From a virus (lineage: Duplodnaviria; Caudoviricetes): a stretch of DNA of 64,000 nucleotides. The DNA lies in the IMG/VR virus record IMGVR_UViG_3300006805_000023. One strand, written 5' to 3'. Below, in pieces: positions 48,001 to 54,759 of the stretch; position 1 is the stretch's first letter, and each line of letters begins with the position of its first letter. The notes under the pieces are model-generated. The model ran no database searches, was not told the origin of the DNA, and saw only the letters and a program-made list of their open reading frames with translations. The translations under genes were made by a program, and so were the position numbers.

Positions 48001-48321
48001 GTCTTGCACCAGATACTTCTCCATCCACCACACGATAGCAGCATAGGTGTAGCCGAGGTCGCGGGTGTGGTCGATGGCCTGCTCGGCCTCGTCCAGCTCA
48101 GCTTCCGAGTAGAGGGCGAGAGCCTGATCGTAGCGATGGGCGCTCAGACCCTGGTGCAGGAAGTTCTTCAGAGAAGGTGCAATGGTTCCGTCCCCTCCCC
48201 ACACCTCTCGGCGCAGGGCAAGGTTCAGCAACAGGGACGCCTGATACTGGGTGTCTGGGTTTTCCGGCGAGATGGTATCTCCGGCAGATTTTGCGGCAAG
48301 CTTAAGTTCGTCGATGGTCAT
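45040..48321 (-). CDS. nrdA: class I ribonucleotide reductase alpha subunit with intein
   Basis: ETPQF, PTPVRAG, QFASC, SNL|C(intein)|CME, MPCESSS, KSLYY, C-terminal CAGGAC; likely start ATG 48321. Confidence 0.95.
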   Translation of the reverse strand: MTIDELKLAAKSAGDTISPENPDTQYQASLLLNLALRREVWGGDGTIAPSLKNFLHQGLSAHRYDQALALYSEAELDEAEQAIDHTRDLGYTYAAIVWWMEKYLVQDRASECHYETPQFAIMITALALYAVKPREVRMQLVRDLYHGVSTLVISQPTPVRAGLRTPLRQFASCTLAEMDDTLDSIGHTNLAMMKYGAARAGLGLNISRIRPQNSTVASGEVVSTGVIPFLKMFESTIKSTSQHGVRSASATVFFQFWHLEVESLVIAKSSTRGSHDRKVFKLDYCIVVNRMLYLRAIAGQDITLFNPNEVKDLYEAWGTPDFDRLYVECESRPGLTTKKISAKELVNLSLDVTLETGRLYYLHIENCNTHSSFSLPVRMSNLCLSGDTKLLTTSGYRPMRDLWLEQGCHELGSGADFNSSFVVNQHGVANSTPVVRTSESSEVFDLKLSGGLTVRATAHHEFELYDGGRARLFELAAGSRIRVSNTEFFGDFDDITYAELAGHLIGDGSVSTRNATSQHGIIKLWDDEIDELGPVFSSLLKQLFTDSSPTSELVPDYSFSNKHFDEAFGYWVASARSLPFGRRLLADGVTPGSKHRVPASIWRGTKTTVGAFLRGLYTADATIGCYGASASVTIAQVSKSLLREVQVLLSQFGIMSSLHPGVKAGKRLMKDGKGGMREYDGKATWRLMISSRDNLVLFADLIGVRQESKMASLREWLATHPGSNNSHNLYFREVESITYAGEEETFCLTEPENHQIIVNGIVTGQCMEVTHPTIPIQHIDGPGWIGLCILSALNATEITADNISRIAYTTVSHLDTLIDYQSYPVPAAEQFCKYWRSLGVGLTNLAAWLAREGLTYDHPDAPNRVAELMEMVQWHLLDASCKLAEELGAAPGFRDTKYAQGLLPIDHYKKDLDTIVTVPLKMDWEGLRERIKKHGLRNCTLSAQMPCESSSVVQNSTNGIDPVRSEVTFKKSKSGPVRVLVPQVLTREGTLGVYQHAFGMKDNFGYLSIAAAIQKFMCMSISTNLYYQYKRYPDGKIPLELILREQLFFFRIGGKSLYYIVSDDDDRQTVSEHVDTQAPFLEESGCAGGACTL
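46027..47175 (-). mobile_element. intein (383 aa) with LAGLIDADG endonuclease and C-terminal Gln
   Basis: starts CLSGDTKLLT, TAHHEF block B, AGHLIGDG and LRGLYTADA, ends NGIVTGQ followed by Cys+1 (NLC-E active-site motif). Confidence 0.93.
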
Positions 48322-48328
48322 GTGGGGA

Positions 48329-48589
48329 CTAGGCAGAAAGCCAGGAAAGGGCAAACTGAGTTAAAGTTACGTTAGCCCCTTCAATAACGACAAGACCGCA
48401 CTCTTTCAGCCACTCCACAGCGGGGGTGACTTGAGTGCTGCCATTATCTCGAATTGACTGGAGGAGCCGCCAGTCATCACCCGTGATCTCGACCAGATTG
48501 ACGTTGTCAGTGGCGGTCGTGATCATCCCAGTCTCGATCAGACGAGGCTCTTTAGTGCGTTGAGCAAGTTCTTCGCGAAGAGACAGCAT
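48329..48589 (-). CDS. small hypothetical protein
   Basis: 86-aa ORF between baseplate genes and nrdA. Confidence 0.45.
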   Translation of the reverse strand: MLSLREELAQRTKEPRLIETGMITTATDNVNLVEITGDDWRLLQSIRDNGSTQVTPAVEWLKECGLVVIEGANVTLTQFALSWLSA

Positions 48590-48591
48590 GG

Positions 48592-49353
48592 CTAGTCGGT
48601 GTGGATGATGATGGGTGGGAGACCTTGCCAGGCCGGGTTGGTGTCCGGCAGGATGATGCGGTACCTCGGGTAGTACTGAGTGCCGTTCACCATACCGTCA
48701 GCTGTAGTGATCCTGAAGTACACGGGCTGGGTCGCGTAGGTGGCAAGGTCGATCCCGTTGGCAGGGAACGGAAGGTGAGCTCCCTGACCGTTACCAGACC
48801 ATGGATCGTAGTAGAACCAGCGCTCAATGGAGGCAGCTGTCAGCCTGCTCAAAACGACTGCCGAGTACTGGCTGTCGGTGGCGAGTTGCAGCTCGATGTG
48901 CGCCGTCCCAGTGCCACAATCAGGCAGCTGGATGATGAGGTTGAAAATCGTGGAATCAGCGACCGTGACGGGTGCTGCGACCCGGTTCGGAGTCTGGTAC
49001 TGAGGCGGTGTATAAGGGGCTGGGCTTGGCTGGCGAGCAGGCACCTGAGAGGAGTTGACGATGACACCGGCGGGGCGCACTTCGCCCCATGACCAGTCTG
49101 GAATGCGCAGACGATCTCCGACCCGTAGCGAGAATGGGTCTGTGATTGTGTTATAGTCGAGGACGACCCACCAGCGCTCCGTCGTCCCGTAGTAGCGATA
49201 CGAGATCAGCTCAGGCCGGTCGATGTCGCCCTGAGTGATCACGTGGAGCTTTTCGGCGACCTTGCCGTAGGCAGGCGGGTGCCATTCAGCATACGCCACC
49301 ACACCATCCTGACTGAACGTCGGAGTTTGGAGGAAGCGTGAATCGGGGATCAT
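48592..49353 (-). CDS. LysM/T4 gp53-like baseplate wedge protein
   Basis: DRPELISYRYYGTTERWWVVLDYNTITDPFSLRVGDRLRIP. Confidence 0.8.
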   Translation of the reverse strand: MIPDSRFLQTPTFSQDGVVAYAEWHPPAYGKVAEKLHVITQGDIDRPELISYRYYGTTERWWVVLDYNTITDPFSLRVGDRLRIPDWSWGEVRPAGVIVNSSQVPARQPSPAPYTPPQYQTPNRVAAPVTVADSTIFNLIIQLPDCGTGTAHIELQLATDSQYSAVVLSRLTAASIERWFYYDPWSGNGQGAHLPFPANGIDLATYATQPVYFRITTADGMVNGTQYYPRYRIILPDTNPAWQGLPPIIIHTD

Positions 49354-50390
49354 TAGGTGTCGGGGCTGTTTGACAGCGAGATTTCGGCTTCGAACACCTG
49401 CTCTGGAGCATTGGCAAGGCTGCTCTTGACTTTTACTTTGCGCCCGTTGGGGCCGGTCGTCACCACAGTAACTGATGAAATAGACACTCGCGGTTCTGGA
49501 GCCACGGCATCACTCGTGTAGGCTGCTGCAATCTGGTCGAGGAGCGGGGTGGCCTGCTCGAAGACTAACTCAGGCAGTCTGCTGCCGATCCAAGGGCGCA
49601 TCAGGCGCTCCCCGATCCTGGTTTCGAGCAACATTGTGATGCTGGATTGCACCAAATCGGTGTCGTAGATGGTCGGGAAGGCCCAGGAAGAGTCCGTGGC
49701 ACCCTCCAGGCTGCTCACTTGGGCGTAGGAGCGGCGACGCATCTCGACGTTGGCCGTGGCGACGTCGTAATCGTCTTGAGCCGGTATCGTCAGGGTGAAC
49801 TTACCCGCCCCCTGATCCTTGACGACACGGCCAAAAGTGACCTTACGGCCAGGCTGCCAGATCGTGACCTCGGTTCCAGGCTCAAGAGAGATACCACCAG
49901 CCAGAATGACGTCGAACGACCCGCTTGCCAGCCTCGACGCCAAGGTCGTGGTGGTTGATGGGTAGAGGGTCTGAGTGGAAGCTGAAGGAGTGGACAGCTT
50001 GAGGATTGGAAGACCCAGACCACCCCAGCGGCGTAACACTATCTGCCTCTCTGCCTGAGGCATGATTCGCAAGGCGGCCACATCGTTCGGGGACGCAGCC
50101 GAGAAGGTGCCAGACGAGTTAACGCACCGAATCCTGATGAAAAATTCACCCGGAGTGTCGTAGGTGTGCTGGTACGCGAAGTCCCTGCCGACCGGCAAAA
50201 AGTCGCCAGTATCGACCGACCCATCGCCCCAGTCCACGATGAACTTCACGTAGGGGTCGTCATCCAGTCCGGAGGATACGGCGGCGACCTGGACCGATGC
50301 GATCATGAGGTGGTCCAGAATCCAGCGACCGCCGGACTCACTGGCGTTGCCGACAAGCAGCCTGCGGTTGACCAGCTTAGGCGCTGCCAT
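49353..50390 (-). CDS. PKD domain + gp25/GPW-like baseplate protein
   Basis: VDWGDGS...HTYDTPGEF (PKD); ITMLLETRIGERLMRPWIGSRLPELVFE...EPRV (gp25). Confidence 0.8.
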   Translation of the reverse strand: MAAPKLVNRRLLVGNASESGGRWILDHLMIASVQVAAVSSGLDDDPYVKFIVDWGDGSVDTGDFLPVGRDFAYQHTYDTPGEFFIRIRCVNSSGTFSAASPNDVAALRIMPQAERQIVLRRWGGLGLPILKLSTPSASTQTLYPSTTTTLASRLASGSFDVILAGGISLEPGTEVTIWQPGRKVTFGRVVKDQGAGKFTLTIPAQDDYDVATANVEMRRRSYAQVSSLEGATDSSWAFPTIYDTDLVQSSITMLLETRIGERLMRPWIGSRLPELVFEQATPLLDQIAAAYTSDAVAPEPRVSISSVTVVTTGPNGRKVKVKSSLANAPEQVFEAEISLSNSPDT

Positions 50391-52455
50391 GTCGCAGCCC
50401 CTTTCTCATTTTGACAGCTGGGTGGTTCTCAGCAAGAGACTTGGCCTCCGGCGGGGCTTCACCGGCGGCCTCGACCAGGTTGACTTCCAGTTCCCCACCC
50501 TTGGCGTAGGCCTCGACCAGCTTGGTTCGTGACTCGACCAGCTTGTCTGAGCCCGCAGTCCTGACAAGCGCTTTTGGGAGCGTCTCTGTGATGAGGGGCT
50601 CGCCGGTGTAGCTCTCGATCAGGCTGGTGCGTTTGGAGGTGTGCAGTTCGCTGATCGACTTGACTTCATTGATGATGCTCCTGACGAACTTGGCTCGGAG
50701 GAGCTTCTTGTCCTCGCTCTCCAGTGACTTCATCCTAGTGCTGAGGCCACGAATCAGGCTGTCCACCACCGACTGTTGTTTTGGAGTAGAGCGGCGGCGA
50801 CTTTCAAACAGGTTACCTGACTTCGCCCTAGCCCCAGACATAAGGGGAGCCTTCGGAGGAGCCCCATCAACCGGTTCAGCCTCGGAGCCGGAACCGTCTG
50901 GCATTTCGAGGTCGTCCATACCGTCTCCGGCCTCGTCCCCCATATCACCAAGGTCGTCCATCCCACCCATCCCGCCAAGGCCACCGCCTCCAGCGCCACC
51001 GGCGGAGTCCTGATCTGTGCCGAGAGCGCGGGCCACACTGGTGCCGAGCTTGGCGATGTCGATGAAATAGCGAGGCACCGAGAGGTACTCACGGAAAACA
51101 AGGTCGATGATCTCGCGGTTCGGGATCTCAAGCTGCTGGCACAACGTGGCGATTGTGTTGGCGAGGTTGGCCTGCTTCTCCAAGATAGCAACGTTGACCT
51201 CTTCCTCGATGGTCGAGATCCGGCTCATCTTGACCTTGATGTTGTAACGGGTCGGGTCCTTACCGGAAAGGGCGAGGTGGATCTGGCCCAGCCGGTAGAA
51301 GCCAGCCACTAGGATGCGCCGAATGTTGCGGACCATGCGGGCAAACCGGATGTCCTGACTGACCAACGAAGACGAGGCCAGACTGGAGCCTTCGTCGTCC
51401 TGACCCATATAGGTCTTGGGGATGCGAGCGCCACCGTAGAGCTGCTTGAGGAGCTGCTCAATGTCGGGGACGTCGGGGACGTCCTTGTCGCCGACCATGC
51501 TGGTGATCTCCGTCGTGTCGTCGTTGCCACGCTTTGGCAGGAACAACATCGACTCCAGGGCTGGAGGGTTGTAGCGTGACTCCATGTTCCCAGCCGACAG
51601 CATGACGTGCTGGTTGCGCAGCATGTGGGCGAACAGGTGAATCGACTCCATGGAGTCCGTGATGTCCTGCTCTTTGGTGTCGATGATGACGGCGTGCCGG
51701 GTAGGCATCGTGTGACGGCGGTAGAGCACCATCTGGTCGATGGACTGGTCGATCTTGCGCCACAGCGAGTAGAGCTTGTCCATGATCGCCACCCCATACT
51801 CGGTGTCGGACCGATACAGGCGGCGAAAGTGAATGAAGGACCACGGCGGAAAGATCTCCTTGTGGGAGGGGTAGAGGACATCCTCATCGCGAGGCTTCTG
51901 GCCGTCCCACAAAAACCCAATCAGACGGCGGGTGGTCTTGTCCCACAGACGCCGGACCGGCATCCGGGCTGAGTTGGCTGAGTCAGCACGTGGAATCCCG
52001 ACCAGTTGTTGAACCCCGTTGTCGTTGTACAGGATGCGTCGAAACTCGTTGCCAGTACCGGCGGCCCCCATGACAATGCTAGGCAGGTGCTCCTCGGAGT
52101 TGATCCGATCGAGCATTGCGTTGAGGTCCTTCTCGATCTCACCGTCGTCGCACTCATACCAGAGAGCGCGCCCCTTGTTGATGTCTGGCTGGCAGGTCTC
52201 CTCGGCGTACACCTCAAGCATTGGCCCGACCAGCTCAGAGTCGGACATCGCCAGCATGTCGCCATAGCGGGACTCTGGCGAGGCGTTGGAGTTCTGGCGC
52301 GCTAGGCCCTGGTCCTCATTGCCAGAACCGGCAATCTGGCTACCAACACCAGCCCTGCCCTTGACTTCATCCTTGGTAAGGTTAACGGGGGACGAGCTAT
52401 ACCAGCCAAACAGGCCTTGAAGCCCTGCCAGGATGCCTATCTTGGGAGTTTCCAT
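50377..52455 (-). CDS. portal protein (T4 gp20-like)
   Basis: LEVYAEE, FIHFRR, YGVAIMD, IDQMVLYR, DVPDIEQLLKQLYGGARIPK, LVSQDIRFARMVRNIR. Confidence 0.9.
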   Translation of the reverse strand: METPKIGILAGLQGLFGWYSSSPVNLTKDEVKGRAGVGSQIAGSGNEDQGLARQNSNASPESRYGDMLAMSDSELVGPMLEVYAEETCQPDINKGRALWYECDDGEIEKDLNAMLDRINSEEHLPSIVMGAAGTGNEFRRILYNDNGVQQLVGIPRADSANSARMPVRRLWDKTTRRLIGFLWDGQKPRDEDVLYPSHKEIFPPWSFIHFRRLYRSDTEYGVAIMDKLYSLWRKIDQSIDQMVLYRRHTMPTRHAVIIDTKEQDITDSMESIHLFAHMLRNQHVMLSAGNMESRYNPPALESMLFLPKRGNDDTTEITSMVGDKDVPDVPDIEQLLKQLYGGARIPKTYMGQDDEGSSLASSSLVSQDIRFARMVRNIRRILVAGFYRLGQIHLALSGKDPTRYNIKVKMSRISTIEEEVNVAILEKQANLANTIATLCQQLEIPNREIIDLVFREYLSVPRYFIDIAKLGTSVARALGTDQDSAGGAGGGGLGGMGGMDDLGDMGDEAGDGMDDLEMPDGSGSEAEPVDGAPPKAPLMSGARAKSGNLFESRRRSTPKQQSVVDSLIRGLSTRMKSLESEDKKLLRAKFVRSIINEVKSISELHTSKRTSLIESYTGEPLITETLPKALVRTAGSDKLVESRTKLVEAYAKGGELEVNLVEAAGEAPPEAKSLAENHPAVKMRKGLRHGSA

Positions 52456-52480
52456 CAGGAGTCAGTGCTGTAGAGAGGGG

Positions 52481-53086
52481 TTATTTGGCACGACGAGCTG
52501 TCACAGCCTCACGGTGGAGACGCATGAAGCTGCCACGACCGTAGCCAGCGGTGCGACATTCGGCCAGAGGGTTGCGGGCCTTAGGTTTCACGCTGGAAAG
52601 CTGCGGCTGCGGCGGCTCCTGAGGCTTCTCGATGGAACTTTTCCGGATGTCATCGGCCCGTGATTCAAGGTCGGCGTTCGGCAGATCAGCCACGGACTTG
52701 ATTCCAAGGAACTCAGCCAGCGGCTGGTCCCCGATCTCGTCCAGAAACATTGCGAAGGCCAGCTGGTTGGGCTCCCATTTGGCAACACCAAGCTGGCTGG
52801 ACTCGGTACCCTTGAACAGGGACATCAGGTCAGAGGTGAGACCCTGAGCATCCTTAGAATTGAGGTTGCCATCTTCACGGTACAGGTCGTACAACCTGAT
52901 GAAGATCTTGAGGGCCGTCTTGTTGGTCTTCAGGAAGTCCTTGAAACCAGACAGTTCGTCTGGCTCGGAGCTGGTAATGCTCGCCAGATCATCTTCTGGT
53001 TCAGGCGCTGCGGGTGTGTCCAGTTCAGAGCTGCCTGGAGCGTCAGCAGGCTCCAAGTCGTCGGTCAAGGTCTCGATTAGTCTCAT
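52481..53086 (-). CDS. putative head-associated protein
   Basis: 201 aa; starts MRLIETL; candidate late promoter upstream; adjacent to portal. Confidence 0.45.
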   Translation of the reverse strand: MRLIETLTDDLEPADAPGSSELDTPAAPEPEDDLASITSSEPDELSGFKDFLKTNKTALKIFIRLYDLYREDGNLNSKDAQGLTSDLMSLFKGTESSQLGVAKWEPNQLAFAMFLDEIGDQPLAEFLGIKSVADLPNADLESRADDIRKSSIEKPQEPPQPQLSSVKPKARNPLAECRTAGYGRGSFMRLHREAVTARRAK

Positions 53087-53101
53087 CGTGCTGATACCTA
53101 G

Positions 53102-54115
53102 TCAGTCATCCGCTGTCCTGTCGAGGCTCTGGCTGGACGCCACAAAACCGGCCATGAGATCATTCAAGTCAGGACCGTGGCGAGTAGCCGGAGGACGCTT
53201 CGGAGCATCTTCCTCCTCTGACTCTTCTGACTTCCACCAGTAAGCAGGTAGCACCTCAAGGTCTTGCTTGACTGCGTAGTCGCCTACCAGCTTGCGCAGA
53301 CGCCGGTCCCGGTCGGCCAGCGATACCGAGGAGGCCACGATGATGGCTCCGTTGACCTTCTCTGCGAACTCAACGTTGTTACTGACCAGCTGGAAGTGCA
53401 TATCCTCCTTGATGACCGTCCCGATCTTGTGTTGCTGCAGCCAGCCGTAGGTGGCCTCTTCGATCGCAGTAGCAGCGGCCTCAAACAACAGCTCACGCAG
53501 TGGTTTGGAGGAGGCAAGACGAGCCTTTTCGTAAGAAAGGACCTCCATGATCGGTTTGGGGCGCAGCATGGCCGACAGACATGGCGCGGTGCCTTCCGTC
53601 CAGGTCTCGTGAATGCTGGAGTAACCCTTGAAACGGCCTAGGTTAACCGAAGCGATCATCCACCACACTGAGGGCTTCATGGCCGCCGGGTCGGGAGGTC
53701 CGTAGCTCAGAGCACCCTCCAGCCACTGCACCTCACCGGACAAGATGTCCGACCGCATCATCCCAGCGAAGGTCTCGTGCGACGACCCGGCGTTGATGAT
53801 GAACCTGAGCTTGTCGCGCCATGTAGTCAGGTACTCCAGGCTCGACTCGGCGACCAAGTAGGAGTTGGCGAAGAATGGCGCTCGTGGTGGCTTGTTGAGT
53901 CCGCTCCCGGTGCGCAGCAGGTAGGCTGCCACTTGGTCTTCCAGGAACTCCTTGGCCGGTCCGAAGAAGGGCTCCAGTTTCTCGATCTCGATGAGGACCT
54001 CATCAGACGGCATCCACCCTCCATCGGTTGGAGGAACCCCAACTACACGGGTATATTGCTTAGTGAGTATTTCGCGTGCCTGGATGGCGATCATCATGTC
54101 AGAACTAGAAACCAA
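53102..54115 (-). CDS. hypothetical protein
   Basis: 337-aa ORF in minus-strand run. Confidence 0.6.
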   Translation of the reverse strand: MVSSSDMMIAIQAREILTKQYTRVVGVPPTDGGWMPSDEVLIEIEKLEPFFGPAKEFLEDQVAAYLLRTGSGLNKPPRAPFFANSYLVAESSLEYLTTWRDKLRFIINAGSSHETFAGMMRSDILSGEVQWLEGALSYGPPDPAAMKPSVWWMIASVNLGRFKGYSSIHETWTEGTAPCLSAMLRPKPIMEVLSYEKARLASSKPLRELLFEAAATAIEEATYGWLQQHKIGTVIKEDMHFQLVSNNVEFAEKVNGAIIVASSVSLADRDRRLRKLVGDYAVKQDLEVLPAYWWKSEESEEEDAPKRPPATRHGPDLNDLMAGFVASSQSLDRTADD

Positions 54116-54121
54116 GTCTGA

Positions 54122-54343
54122 CTAGTGATCACCGGGCGGAGCCACCATGGTGAGCTTGCCAACCACGGTGACCTTGATAATCTCCCTGAGCGACGGGTGC
54201 CGATCGCGGGCTGCCCTCCTGGCATTGGCCTCAGCAGCCGCTAGGTTTGGAGCAGAGCCCTCCCAGCGCCATAGCGTCTTGAACAGACCCCCTCTGGTGA
54301 GGTTGTCGAACCCTAGTTCAAGATCTGCCAAGTACTCGGCCAT
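54122..54343 (-). CDS. small hypothetical protein
   Basis: 73 aa; CTAAGTAT motif 5 nt upstream of ATG. Confidence 0.55.
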   Translation of the reverse strand: MAEYLADLELGFDNLTRGGLFKTLWRWEGSAPNLAAAEANARRAARDRHPSLREIIKVTVVGKLTMVAPPGDH

Positions 54344-54759
54344 ATCTCATACTTAGTGTGGCCGTCGAACGTGGAGCCGATACTGGTTCTACGTGTGCGC
54401 GCACGCGCTCGCTGGCCGCGCTGGCTCGCGTGCGCGATTCCCTCTTAAACGTGATTTCTGTTATAGCTTTAGCTTTGAAACGGAGTGAACAAGAAGATGA
54501 TGGTAGAACAGAAGATCACCTCTCTCCCCCTCCACGGCCCACGGAGTGGGGCGGAAACCCAACTTGTTGGGTTGTTAAGAAGGGACATAACCTTAAAAAG
54601 TAAACGCGAGCGCGAGCGGCCCGCTGGCTGGCTCCGGCATGTGACTCGCCTAGCGGCGAGGACGGCCCCCACTCCGTGGGGCCGGGTGGCGGTTGGATGG
54701 AGACGATGCAATGTGGCAGCAGGCTGCACTGTTTGGTTTTCTTGGCTGGTCCCCACACC
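54344..54759. other. about 400-bp divergent intergenic region with several inverted repeats
   Basis: IRs 54398-54407/54427-54436, 54538-54551/54667-54680, 54556-54563/54566-54573; AT-rich patch around 54445-54480. Confidence 0.6.
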
